From Octopus vulgaris (taxonomy: Eukaryota), in NCBI GenBank assembly GCA_951406725.2, contig OX597816.1:52514001-52578000 (forward strand): a stretch of 64,000 nt of DNA, in the 5' to 3' direction. Below the pieces are notes generated by a model that worked only from the letters and a program-made list of their open reading frames with translations, was not told the origin of the DNA and ran no database searches. The position numbers and the translations under genes are program-made. Shown one piece after another: positions 13,131 to 26,644 of the stretch (within the stretch, counting starts at the first letter, position 1; each line of letters opens with the position of its first letter).

Positions 13131-13925
13131 CATCTCATCTGTGTCCAAAACATACTGTGAGTAAGAGAGCTTTCTACTCCCTTCTAGCCATTTGCAGTAC
13201 CAGCAGACTATTAGCAGTACCAGCACACCAATATATACATACATATCTCCTGATATATATTTATATATCATCCTCATTTAACGTCTGCTTTCCATGCTAG
13301 CATGGGTTGGACAATTTGACTGAGGACTGGCAAACCAGATGACTGCACCAGGCTCCAATCCGATCTAGCAGAGTTTCTACAACTGGATGCCCTTCCTAAC
13401 GCCAACCACTCCGAGAGTGTAGTGGGTGCTTTTACATGCCACCGGCACGAGGGCCAGTCAGGCAGTACTGGCAACATACTTTTTTTCTTTTACTTATTTC
13501 AATCATTTGACTGCAGCCATATTGGAACACGACCTTTTAGCCGAAGAAATTGATGTATATTGTATGCACCTGATACCTCGAATGTGGCAACTCAGATTTT
13601 CCTGTGGTACATGTTAAGTGCATTTGAGGTAATTAACTAGGTTGATGCAATTAATGTACCACATGAATCATTGACGGTTGATGGCTGAAAGGAAAACATG
13701 AGGAAAAGGAAAGGGTGTGTAGCATAGCTCTACATTATCATATGGGTTATTTCTTTATTTAAGAGGAATGGAATATGATTTGAAGAAGATTTACCTGCTA
13801 TTTCTGGTAGGTTATCTATAAGAACTCAGAGGTTTCCTCCTTGTCTCTGAGAGAAAAAATACACAATCTTCACATATGTAGTAAAATAGAATTTAAAGAA
13901 TTAGAGAACCAATATGGAAACTTAC

Positions 13926-14039
13926 ACTAATAACAGAAGTACCATTCACAGTGACAGCATCAGCAAAGCGAACCCTGGTAGGGTTGCTCCTTAAGCGGGC
14001 TTTCTTGGCAGGTGTTAAAAAAGCAGATCTTCGACCAGC
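13926..14039 (-). CDS. FRMPD4: FRMPD4-like coding exon, PDZ-FERM linker
   Basis: ttcttcttccag|GCTGGT...ATTAGT|gtaagt, 114 nt, phase 0 to 0. Reads AGRRSAFLTPAKKARLRSNPTRVRFADAVTVNGTSVIS, compare [29 protein letters not shown]. Contains a KVxF/RVxF-type motif (RVRF). Confidence 0.92.
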
Positions 14040-15019
14040 CTGGAAGAAGAAGAAGAAAATTATGTATTTCATTATGACCAATGATAGACAAGTAACAACA
14101 TGATACCAATATCTTATAAATGTAATTTATAACCGACACACAATTTGTATCATAATTAATTTGTTTAAGTTGATGAGCTAGCAGAACTGTTAGCACACCA
14201 TACAAAAATGTTTAATGGCATTTTGTTCATCTTCACATTCTGAGTTCAAATTCCATTGAGGCCAACTTTGCTTTTCATTCTTTCAGAGTCAATAAAATAA
14301 GTACCAGTCAAGTACTGGAATTCATATAATTGACTTCCTCCTCTTCTCAAAATCTGCTTGTCCTGTACCAAAATTTGAAAACATTATAGTTAATGTTTGA
14401 GAGATATTGGACTAAAAGATTTGTTAAGAAGTTAGAAAATATGCCTTGTGGTTTCTCTGCAAATGCTTTTAGCTCTGAATTCAAATCCTCTGTGATCAGC
14501 TTCACCTTTTTATCTTTCAGGGTTGATAAAATTAGGTACCAAGAGATTGGTACAGGGATCATTGGTAACAAATAACCTCAATGACTCAAAACCGGCTGAC
14601 CTGGTGTTTAAACTAGAAACATTTGTAGCTAACATCTTTAACCATCAGTGATACATGATAAACCAATTTTCTACTTTTGTGAAGGCCAAGGGAATATGGT
14701 GACCGGGAAAGAAAATAGGACATATTCCACTAAACACACTGAAACAGATTTATCTTAAAGTTCTTGTTTACTGACAAACAGTTTAGTAAAAATCTAACAC
14801 TGCTATTCCTTAAACACAAAAGTTGCAGTAGGATTTCTATAAAATAGATAGAAAAACTAGGAACATAACTTTGGCACATGTAAAAGAGTACAAAAGGGGT
14901 TTTGAAAGCAATATCATCCAGGCATATATGAAATGAAGATTACTTAAATATCTCACAACTAGAAGTCTGGAGGAAACCTTTGCTATTTAGGTAATATTAA
15001 TATCAATAAAGGCTAAGAG

Positions 15020-15370
15020 TAAAAAACCCCATCAGTCAGTCATGAATGACCATGGGACTGCACCAAGAAAGTTACCCTCCAAGGCACAAGTCCAGGCAAG
15101 GTTGTTTATGGCAGACCAGCTGTTGCCCATGCATACCAGTCTTCCCTCTCCATGCCACCGATGTTATCCAACAGAAAGCAAAAGGCCGATACAGCTTGGC
15201 ACCAGTGATGTCGCAACTTATTTCTACAGCTGTGTGAACTGGAGCAAGATGAAATAAAGTGTCTTGCTCAAGAACACAAGACACAGCCCGGTCAAGGAAT
15301 TGAACTCACTACCTCATGATTGTGAGCCATACACTTCACTTATGTCAACCACTGAGCCATGCAACTTCAC
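15020..15370 (-). mobile_element. tRNA-derived SINE with CORE-like motif (family E)
   Basis: Head tggctcagtggtt, box B gagttcaattcc, motif gtgttcttgagcaagacactt. Related copies at 23360-23800 (duplicated head) and 20850-21165 (different tail). Confidence 0.7.
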
Positions 15371-16072
15371 TTATATCAATACTGGACATAATTCTAGTAA
15401 AAGTTTAGTAATATAAGAAAACGCATGATAGATCATAGCAGTTATGCAAAATTGGTTAATTGCATAAGAATTCCAATAACCAAGTTTATGCAGTTAAAGG
15501 AAATCAACTGTATAGCTTATCAATAGCAACATCTTATAAACACTTTTCATGTTGGCATGGGTTCGAAGAATGAGCATTGTCTGTGTCCATTCTTATATAA
15601 TGTTGCTGCTTTCGTCTCACTCAAATGTTCTAATTTCGACATGGTTTCTGTGGCTAGATGTGCTTCCTAAGATCAAAAGTTTTGGGGAAGTGTACTAGGT
15701 GTATATTATGGAGACACCAGCTTGAGTAAAGTTGTTTTGAACCCCACAAAACCAAAGTTTCTTTTCCATTTATTCAAGCAATGTGAGCAAGATAAATAGA
15801 AGGCAATGATAGAAGATTAACCGGGGCAAGAAGATGAAAAGAAGTGGGATGGGAGGGCAGGGCCACTAGAATAGAAGGGAGGCAGCAGATCCTGTAATGG
15901 AAGAGAGGCAGTGATGGCAACTTCATGTCTACTGGTAATATACATACACACACACATATACTTATATACATACTTACGAACACACACCCATGAAGTGAGA
16001 GTGATGAATATGCATACATGCACACATACATACATATATCCAGAGAGAGAGGGGGGAATTATATATATATAT

Positions 16073-16628
16073 ATCATCATCATCATCATCGTTTAGCATC
16101 CGCTTTCCATGCTTGCATGGGTTGGACGGTTCAACTGGGGTCTGGGAAGCCAGAAGGCTGCACCAGGCCCAGTCTGATCTGGCAATGTTTCTATGGCTGG
16201 ATGCCCTTCCTAACGTCAACCACTCCATGAGTGTAGTTGGTGCTTTTTATGTGCCAGACGAGACTGGCAAACGACCACGATCAGATGGTGCTTTTTACGT
16301 GCCACCAGCACGGAGGCCAGGTGAGGCTGGCAATGGCCACGATCGGATGGTGCTTTTTACGTGCCACCGGAACGGAAGCCACTCGGGTCGGCGCTGGCAA
16401 CAGCCACGTTCGGATGGTTCTCTTATGTACCACCAGCACTGGTATCATAGCTACAATTTCCATTGATGTTGATCGATTTTGATTTTGATTTTGATTTTCA
16501 CTTGCCTCAACAGGTTTTCACAAGTAGAGTTTTGTGTCCCAAGAAGGAAAGGTATACTTAAATGGACTGAGGCCATGGGTTATGGTCTCACTTGTCCTGC
16601 CAGGTCTTCTCACACACAGCAAACTTCC
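16073..16628 (-). mobile_element. RTE 3' UTR-derived repeat
   Basis: Same family; long copy. Confidence 0.8.
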
Positions 16629-16629
16629 A

Positions 16630-17032
16630 GGAGTGGCTGTGTAGTAAGTAGCTTGCTTACGAACCACATGGTCCCAGGTTCAGTCCCACTGCGTGCCACC
16701 TTGGCAAGTGTCTTCTACTATAGCCTTGGGCCAACCAAAGCCTTGTGAATGAATTTGGTAGATGGTAACTGAGAGAAGCCCATTGTATATATGTATATAT
16801 ATATATGCATGTGTGTATATGTTTATGTGTCTGTGTTTGTCCCCCCAACGTCGCTTGATAACCGATGCTGGTGTGTTTATGTCCCGTAACTTAGTGGTTC
16901 AGCAAAAGAGACTGATAGAATAAGTACTAGGCTTCCAAAGAATAAGTCCTGGGGTCGATTTGCTTGACTAAAAAAGGCAGTGCTCCAGCATGGCCACAGT
17001 CAAATGACTCAAACAAGTAAAAGGGTAAGAGA

Positions 17033-17035
<3 letters not shown>
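16630..17035 (+). mobile_element. SINE family B
   Basis: Colinear with 33450-33848. Confidence 0.85.
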
Positions 17036-17086
<51 letters not shown>

Positions 17087-19164
17087 TTTTTACTTTCTCT
17101 CTCACTCTCTAGACAGACATTTTTACAATTGTTAACTTTCTATTTATTCTGTGTCTAAGAAACTAAAATCTAAATAAATCACTTCATTATTTTTAGAAAA
17201 AGCCTAGAAAAGTGACAGGTAGCATCCGACTAACAAAGAAAACTGCACGTGAGTGAAATGCAAGTGTGTGTGTGTGTGTGTGATTATCATTAAGTATTTA
17301 CTTTCCATAGTAGTATAGTATGTGTGGTTCAAATTATTTTTTATTTGGAATTATTGACCTGCTAGAAGAGTCAAGAACATCTCACTCATACATTCTATTT
17401 CAAGCCGTTTTTACTGTGTGTGATTGATAGATTTTATTGTGGCACCATCACTAGAGAGGTTGTCATGTCTTCAGCAAAACTGAAGAGTTCTCTTTATGTT
17501 ACACTGTCTTTGTTCAATCACCAAATATTTTATGGAGTGTGCAGCATATATTTTATCGTGACATCAATACTAAAAGTTACTTTGAGTGTAAACACACACA
17601 CACAGCTATTCAGAAATATGTATTTATATATTTTTTATGAGGTAGTATTCATGAAGTTCTTGTGCTTTGCAGTGTATCACTGACCTAATATTCATTCACG
17701 GTAGTGACTTTATATTTGACAGGAATATGTTAGTGTATAGAATGGAATAAAATAGGTAGTTACTGATATATTCAAAGTTTAGTTAGTGTACATTCTAACT
17801 CAGTGACATGTCAATAGGAACTCAATGATACATAATATATTTATTTCAATACAGTGTCTTGTAATTTAAAAGTTTTAAGATCTGACTTCTGCCTTGCTGA
17901 AATAAGATTTATGACTATAGCTTAGTAAATACTAAAGTAGTTTAACAGCCATTACAGCTAAGTAGTCATACGCTAAATTAAAGGAGATAAATATACAAGT
18001 AGGTAATAGTGACTTGTGATTTAATAAATGTATTTATAAGCCTTGGGGGGAAAAAAATTAAAAACTTTTAAATGCATAAATAATCTAGATGCTTGTGTTG
18101 TCAAAACTGGAGAAGAATTTCAAAACAGATTTCTAATAAATAAAATAAACAAAGTAAATCAATTCAGACACAAACCATTAAAAAAAAAATCACCAATCAC
18201 CAGAGCTATCATAGCTGTTCTCTTTCAAGACTTTTTGATATACAACTATATAAAGCAATAAATATTTTTCATCATAACATTCCAGTCAGGCAATATTTAA
18301 AATAACTAACAAGTGTATGATAGTGTAAAGCTCCCTGAACATGTTTATGTGTGTATATGTGCATGTATGTGTGTGCATACACAAACATACCTACACACAC
18401 ATATATATACATAAACTGGCTGTGTGGTAAGAAGCTTGCTTCCCAACCACATGATTCCAGGTTTGGTCCCACTGCATGGCGCCTTGAGCAAGTGTCTTAT
18501 ACTATAGCCTCAGACTGACCAAAGCCTTGTGAGTGGATTTGGTAGAAGGAAACTGGAAGAAGCCTGTCATATAATATATAATGTATGTATATATATATAT
18601 CATCATCATCATCATCATCATCATTTAGCGTCCGCTTTCCATGCTAGCATGGGTTGGACGGTTCAACGGTGCCAGATGAGGCTGGCGGACGGCCACGATC
18701 GGATGGTGCTTGTTACGTCCCCAAAGCACGGAGGCCAGTCTATGCGGTACTGGCTACGGCCACGTTCGGATGATTTTCTTGTGTGCCACATATATATATA
18801 TATATATGTATGTATATATATCTTTATGTGTGTGTCTGTGTTTGCTCACCCCACCCTCATCGCTTGACAACTGTGTTTACATCCTTGTAACTTAGCAGTT
18901 CGGCAAAAGAAACTGATAGAATTAGAACTAGGCTTACAAAGAACAAGTCTTAGGGTTGATTTCTTCGACTAAAAATCCTTTAAGGTGGTGCTCCAGCATG
19001 ACTGAAACAAGTAAAAGAATATAACTCTGTATTTTTGTATATTGATCTGCAGAGCTGCTGGATATATTTGTTATTGTGAGACATAAAGAAATATCACAAC
19101 TGCCCAAGTAGAGTCAGTGGAAAGACATGCACAGACAAACAAACACACACATACACACATAATA

Positions 19165-20125
19165 ATTCTTTCCACTATAGGTGCAAGGCCTGAAATTTTG
19201 GGGGAAGAGGTAGTCAATTACATCGACCCCAGTGCTTGACTGGTACTTATTTCATTGACCCCAAAAAGGATGAAAAACAAAGTTGACCCTTGTAAAATTT
19301 GAACTTAGAATGGATAAAATTCCACTGAGTATTTTGTCCACTGTGCTAATAATTCTGCAAGCTTACCACTTTCCACACTCACCTAATAATAATAATAATA
19401 ATAATCCTTTCTACTATAGGCACAAGGCCTGAAATTTTGGAAGCAGAGGCTTGTCAATTACAATGATCTCCAGTGCATAACTGGTACTTATTTCGAGGAC
19501 CCTGAAAGGATGAAAGGCAAAGTCAACCTCAGCGGAATTTGAACTCAGAACATAGCAACAGACAAAATACCACGAAGCATTTTTCCCAGCAAGCTAACAA
19601 TTCTGCCAGTTCACCATCTCATACACATAATATTAATAATAATAAAAGGACCATTTGAGTGGGATGAGTTACTCAACCAGAAGAAAATTCTAATTAGGCC
19701 CAACCTGCAAGGTCATGTGCTGTTTATCTTGATATGAGATCACCATGTCGCGCACATATGGTTGTGATGCATGTGCCTAGTGTACCCTTATCAGACGGAT
19801 AGTCATGATGGGTATACTGAGCTCCATATATTTTACCCCAGTGTCACTTTGATGGCATGCGTTGTCATCTCACTCAGTAATAATAACAATAATAATAATA
19901 ATAATCCTTTCTACTATAGATATATAGATATATGGCCTGAAATTTAGGCAGATGGGGATAGTCAGCTACATCAACCCCAGTACTCAACTGGTATTTATTT
20001 CATTGACCCCAAAAGGATAAAAGCAAAATTGACCTGGGAAGAATGTAAGCTCAGAATGTTAAAATGGAAGAAATTCTGCACAGCATTTTATACAGTATGC
20101 TAACAATTCTGTTAGCTTGCTACCT
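19165..20125 (-). mobile_element. Cluster of three family C SINEs (tail-2 variant, ATT tails) plus an unclassified repeat at about 19650-19880
   Basis: Three co-oriented copies at about 19165-19370, 19403-19617 and 19903-20125, separated by (AAT)n. Confidence 0.75.
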
Positions 20126-21164
20126 TTCACCTACACATTGTATTACTAATCTTTAACTGGCTTCATTCACATTGCAATTTGCTTTGATTCTTACACATCG
20201 TTCTGAAGAGTATTTATTAAGCTGTTTGGCATCTCTTAGATGTCATTTTGATCAAATAAAGAAAAAAAAAAACCTTTATCTCTATATTGGTTGTGTATTG
20301 AATACATTCTATATAACAGTGGATATTTCTATTTCAACAGATTTTTTTCACATCGTTACTATATACAATATATGCATTCACACACATTTATTTATATACA
20401 TGTATTTGCATACACACATACAAACACATATAATTATATGTGTGTGTATGTGTGTACTTATTCTTTGTGGGCCTGGCACTTATTCTGATGGTCTCTTTTG
20501 CTGAACCACTAAGGGGACATAAACAGGCCAGTATCAGTCGCCAAGTGATGGTGGGGGGATAAACACAGACACAAACACACACACACACGTGCAGGTGGCA
20601 CATAAAAGCACCATCTGAGCCTGGCTGTTGCCAGTACCGCCTGACTGGCCCTCGTGCCAGTGGCACGTAAAAGAACCCACTACACTCTCAGAGTGGTTGG
20701 CGTTAGGAAGAGCATCCAGCTGTAGAAACTCTGCAAGATCAGATTGGGGTCTGGTGCAGCCATCTGGTTCGCCAGACCTCAGTCAAATCGTCCAACCTAA
20801 GCTAGCATGGAAAGCAGACATTAAACGATTATGATGATGATGATAAAATAAACGCTGGCCCTCCAATTATTACAACGAGGGCTACAGTTGATCTGGTCGA
20901 CAGAACAACTTTCTTGTGAAACTAACGTACAAGGGACTAAACACTCCACAGACACATGGACCCTTAACGTAGTTCTCAGTGTGACACAGAATGTGACAAT
21001 GCTGGCCCATTGAAATACAAGTATTACTTACTGCTGCCAGCTGAGTGAACCTGGAGTAACATGAAATAAAATGTTTGGCTCAAGGACAAAATGCATCGCC
21101 AGGAATTGAACTCATGACCTTGCGATCATGAGCCAAATACCCTAACCACTAAGCCAAGTGCCTT

Positions 21165-21195
<31 letters not shown>

Positions 21196-22019
21196 GTGTG
21201 TGCATGAATGGATGTATGTATTTTCTATAGTTTTCTATAATTTTCTATAATTGACTATAATTAGATATAACTGATTTGTCTATTCACTTCCATTTTTTAG
21301 GAAAAGAAAAACACAGAATACAAGAAAAAAGAAAAAAAACAACAAAAGAAAACTAAAGCAAAAATATCACTTGCACTTTGAATAATACTGTAAAGAAATA
21401 GCACAGTTCATTCTTTGAAAGGCTAAATATAAATACTTCCTTGACAATATATTGTTTATCTTATAACTTTTACTTGTTTCAGTCAGAAGACAGTGGCCAT
21501 GCTGGGGCACCACCTGGAAGAATTCTACTCAAAGGAATCAAACTATGTAATCATTATTTCTTTCTTTTGCAGTTTTTGTCTTTGAAGCTTGGTACTTATT
21601 CCATTGGTCACTTTTGCTGAACTGCTAGGTTACAGGGACATAAACACAATAACGCCATTTGTTAAGCAGTGGTGGTAGACATCCTTGGACACAAAGACAC
21701 ACACACACACATAATAGGCTTCTTTCAGTTTCTATCCACCAAATCCATTCAGAAGGTTTTGGTCGGTCCTGAGGCTATAGTTGAAGACATTTGCACAAGA
21801 TGCCACACAATGGGATTGATCTTGCAAGCCTGTGGTTGGGAACCAAACTTCATACTACACAGTCATGCCTCCACCTATATGTGGACACATTAGTAATTAA
21901 AGAAAGATGTTATAGAAACAAGAATATCCTCAATTTTCAGCTTTGATATTATTCTACAAATAATATTGATCGGTTACATGAGCATAAGGCCAGTCTAATA
22001 CACACACACACACACACAC

Positions 22020-22325
22020 TGTAATCACCGTGACTGACCAGGCTATCAGATGTTACTACACATCACAGATCACAATGCGCTTCACATTGTTTTAGCCTTC
22101 AAATGATGCCACCCCACTGGCTAAGCGAAACAGGCCAACAGAAGAAAGAGTGAGCGAAAGTTGTGGCAAAAGAGTACAGCAGGGATCACCATCATCCCCT
22201 GCCGGAGCCTCGTGGAGCTTTAGGTGTTTTCACTCAATAAACACTCACAACGCCTGGTCTAGGAATCAAAACCAAAATCCTACGACTACAAGTCAGCTGC
22301 CCTAACCACTGGGCCATTGCTCGTC
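22020..22325 (-). mobile_element. SINE with a family D head and a different 3' tail
   Basis: Shares the head and aaacacctaaagctcca...caactttc with 62457-62650, then diverges. Confidence 0.7.
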
Positions 22326-23875
22326 CACACACACATATATAAGTAGCTATTTAAACCTTGGGTATGCACCTGGTGGCATGCCAATTAAAGCACGTTCACC
22401 GTCTGTGGCTACCTGATGTCACCCAGAGTATTGAAATAAATCCTAGTCGATCCACCTCAGGAATTCCTCGGTGTCTGTTGAGCATGTAACAAAAGAGAGA
22501 AACAGAAAGGGGGATTCACAAGGTTGTTTATTAATAACGAATCTCATGAATTCTAGTCTCTGTTTCTTTCATTTGTTATATAATAGCTTTTGTAAGGCGA
22601 TGAACTGGCAGAAATGCTAGCACGCCAGGCGAAATGCTTAGCGGCATTCTGTCTCTCTTCGTGTTCTGAGTTCAAACTCCAGCAAGGTCAACTTTGCCTT
22701 TCATCCTTTCAGGGTCGATAAATTAAGTACCAGTTGCATACTGGGGTCGATCTAATCGACTGGCCACCTCCCTAAAAATTTAGGGCCTTGTACCTAGAGG
22801 AGAAAAGAATATCTTTTGCGTACAAACATATGCATGACTACTGTTATGATTAGCGCTCTACATAGATTATCACGGACCAGTCTACTTCGAGTGTAATTAT
22901 GAAGTACAGAACAAATGTAGGACAAATTACAATAGCCACATGCTTATATTATTTGTCTCTATCTACATTTCACCACTGTGGTGTAAAACGAAGTGTACCA
23001 ATCATTATTGGAATCTATAATGTGGGTGAAGAAGCTGAAGGTAACAAAGCTATTTTCAGGTGATGTTTACATTGGATGATGGAACATACTTATTCTTGTC
23101 TGTCACAAGCAAAAATATTTGGCTTATTATTTTAGTTCTTGATGGAAGATTTGATGGGAATGTTCCACCAATGTTTCTAGCAATTATGTTTATATACTTA
23201 TTCAATAACAAGAACAATTTCTAGATTTATCCCAAGTAGCTTTTATTTTTATTTTTGATGGCATTGTATATTGTATTAGCAGCAATGTTATGTAATATTG
23301 GGAAACATCATTTTAATGACATTTTGGAGCAGCTGCTAATCACACGTCTGATGTCTCACTTCAATCATGATTACACCTAGAAAGTTCCCCTCCAAGTCAA
23401 AAGTCCAGACAAGGTTGTTTGTGGATGACCAGCTGTTACCCATGCATACCAGCTTCTCCTCACCATGCCACCGATGTTATCCAAGGAAAAGGCAAAGACT
23501 GATACAGCTTGGCACCAGCAATGCCACAACTCATTTCTACAGCTGAGTGAACTGGAGCAACATGAAGTAAAGTGTTTTGCTCAAGGAAACAATGTGTCAC
23601 CAGGAATTGAACTCACAACCTTACAATCATGAGCCAAATGCCTTACCACTAAGCCATGTGCCTTCAGAGTGTACTGGAGCAACAGGAAATAAAGTACCTT
23701 GCTCAAGAACACAGCACTCATCCTCGTCCAGGAATCAAACTCACTACCTTATGATTTTTTTGTGAGCCCGATGCTCTAACAACTAAGCCATCCACTTTCA
23801 CATATGTCATCCTCAAAGCTCTAACACAACATTTTCAGTACATTTTAGAGTTCCAAGTGATACACTGTCTCTTTT

Positions 23876-24480
23876 ATTTTATTTCTTTATTGCCTACAAG
23901 GAGCTAAACATAGAGGGGACAAACGAGGACAGACAAAGTGGTTAAGTCAATTACATCGATCCCAGTGCGTAACTGGTACTTAATTTATCGACCCAGAAAG
24001 GATGAAAGGCAAAGTTGACCTCAGCGGAATTTGAACTCAGAACGTAAAGACAGACGAAATATCTATTTCTTTACTACCCACAAGGGGCTAAATACGGAGA
24101 GGACAAACAAGGACAGACAAAGGGATTAAGTCGATTACATCGACCCCAGTGCGTAACTGGTACTTAATTTATCGACCCCGAAGGATGAAAGGCAAAGTCG
24201 ACCTCAGTGGAATTTGAACTCAGAACATAACAGCAGATGAAATACCTATTTCTTTATTACCCACAAGGGGCTAAACACAGAGGAGACAAACAAGGACAGA
24301 CAAATGGATTAAGTCGATTATATCGACCCCAGTGCATAACTGGTACTTAATTTATCAACCCCGAAAGGATGAAAGGCAAAGTCGACCTCAGCGGAATTTG
24401 AACTCAGAATGTAACGGCAGACGAAATACCGCTAAGCATTTCGACCGGCGTACTATTGTTTCTGCCAGCTCGCCGCCTTA
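23876..24480 (-). mobile_element. SINE family C head-to-tail trimer
   Basis: One head plus three body units of about 180 bp; TSD atacactgtctctttt at 23860-23875 and 24483-24498. Confidence 0.85.
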
Positions 24481-24930
24481 ATATACACTGTCTCTTTTGT
24501 TTATGAGGTGTTTTATAATAATCTCTTGTTCATGAATTGCGAAAGTATAGCCTCCAAAGTGTGATGAGTCCAAACAGTCATGAGTCCCAAAAAAACTTCT
24601 TGTCATGCCAATATTAGTGTTATTATTAGTCAGGATATCTATATTACCTTTGGTATGCTGAACATCTCACATCCAGGTTTTCTTAGACGCATGTTAGTCC
24701 GGATATTTTGGAATTATGTGGGAATTTATTGAGAAGACATTACTTCTAGAGGATCTCACTGCTGACATATACAAACCAGCTCTCTTTGCATCTAAGCACT
24801 AAGTGTATATATTTATCTTTGTTACTGTTGTTTGCCCGATGCTGTCTGAGAGATACTATATGCTACTCAAAAACTACTTGCACTGATCTCAAGCCTCTAC
24901 CTTCATCTGTTCTTAGGTAGAGCCTGTCAA

Positions 24931-25180
24931 AGGCGGCGAGCTGGAAGAAATGTTAGCACACCAGGTGAAATGCTTAGCGGTATTTCGTATACCGCTACGT
25001 TCTGAGTTCAAATTCTGCCATGGTCAACTTTGCCTTTCATCCTTTCGGGGTCGATTAAATAAGTACCAGTTACGCGCAGGTGTCGATATAATCGACTTAA
25101 TCCGTTTGTCTGTCCTTGTTTGTTCTCTCTGTGTTTAGCCCCTTGTGGGTAGTAAAGAAATAGGTATACTTAGTAAATGC
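24931..25180 (+). mobile_element. SINE family C with a 3' extension
   Basis: 16-bp TSD aggtagagcctgtcaa at 24915-24930 and 25181-25196. Confidence 0.88.
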
Positions 25181-25873
25181 AGGTAGAGCCTGTCAATATC
25201 ACTGTTTCTGTGGAAGTTTCCAGTTAATGTCAAAATCATGTGAATTTTAACTTCTTTGGAGTGGATTTCTTCTACACACCAATTGAGTATCCTAAATGTT
25301 GGTGTCAGAACTGGTCTTGCAAATGCATTGTTATATTTTGCTTTTCTGGCTGTGCCACTTTTATAAATCTGGCAAATATTCTCAGGTCACACTATTTTCA
25401 TTCACAAAACCTTCATATAATGTTTTCATCAATGCATACATATTTGTAACATTGTGTAGATTTAGAGTGAATGTTGATGCATTAATGAGACTGATTTTCT
25501 AAATTCAGTAATCAAATATGAAGATTTCTTTTGGCCAAATTCCATTCCTGTATCAGCTGAAAGTGTTGTAGTTAAATCCAGCTAATTTTTTTTTTTTTTT
25601 GGCATCATAAACATTTTCGTTATTGATCTTCAGGTCATCCAGAAAGAAATTATGGGTTACATTAATATCTCCAGCAGTTATAGACCCCAGTATGTAGCAT
25701 CAGATTTATTTGCATGTATGCATGATGTGTGTGTAGGTATGTATGTGTGTGTACAAACATAAATGCCTAATGATGATAATATATATATATATATATATAT
25801 AAATGGTGGTGCCCCAGCATGGCCATAGCTCGTGAGCTGAAACTAAATAAAAAAAATAAAAATATATATTATA

Positions 25874-26278
25874 GGCGTAGGAGTGGCTGTGTGGTAAGTA
25901 GCAAGTAGCTTGCTTATGAACCACATGGTTCCGGGTTCAGTCCCACTGCATGGCACGTTGGGCAGGTGTCTTCTACTATAGCCTTGGGCCGCCCAAAGCC
26001 TTGTAAGTGGACTTGGTAGATGGAAACTGAAAGAATCCCATCGTATATGTATATATATGTGTGAGTGTATATGTTTGTGTGTCTGTGTTTGTCCCCCCGA
26101 CATCACTTGACAACCGATGAAGGTGCGTTTACATCCCTGTAACTTAGCGGTTCGGCAAAAGAGACCAATACAATAAGTACTAGGCTTCCAAAAAGAATAA
26201 GTCCTTGGGTCGATTTGCTTGACTAAAGGCGGTGCTCCAGCATGGCCACAGTCACATGACTGAAACAAGTAAAAGAGT

Positions 26279-26280
<2 letters not shown>
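25874..26280 (+). mobile_element. SINE family B
   Basis: Colinear with 33450-33848. Confidence 0.85.
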
Positions 26281-26330
<50 letters not shown>

Positions 26331-26335
<5 letters not shown>

Positions 26336-26601
26336 AGGGGTAAAATATAATTAATTTAATAAAATTAATAAATTTCACCTAGTAGTTTTTCGGTAAGGAT
26401 GATATATAATTATGATAAAGGATAAAGTTAATTGCAACAAGTTGCTTAAACCACATACCTAAAATAATAGAAATAGCAGCCAAATAGGTTACCATCACTA
26501 CTACTATTTTTCTAGTAGTCGTAATGGTAACCTATTTGGCTGCTATCTCTAATATTTTCGGTATGTGGTTTAAGCAACTTGTTGCAATTAACCCTTTATT
26601 A

Positions 26602-26612
<11 letters not shown>
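26331..26612 (-). repeat. Fold-back element (fifth family) in (TA)n
   Basis: Imperfect inverted arms of about 100 bp (26405-26505 / 26513-26612) plus a one-sided tail. Confidence 0.7.

Positions 26613-26644
<32 letters not shown>

Noticed and set aside
23876-24480. Regularly spaced repeats resembling a CRISPR array (also the GTGCC..GGCAC arrays)
   Set aside because: Eukaryotic retro-repeats; the spacers are homologous rather than unique, and there are no cas genes.
25843-26268. Recurrent short ORFs such as ...YSRRHLPK..., ...WLALGRASSCRN... and ...SEFKF...
   Set aside because: Chance open frames in non-coding SINE and RTE-UTR repeats; frames and stops differ between copies.
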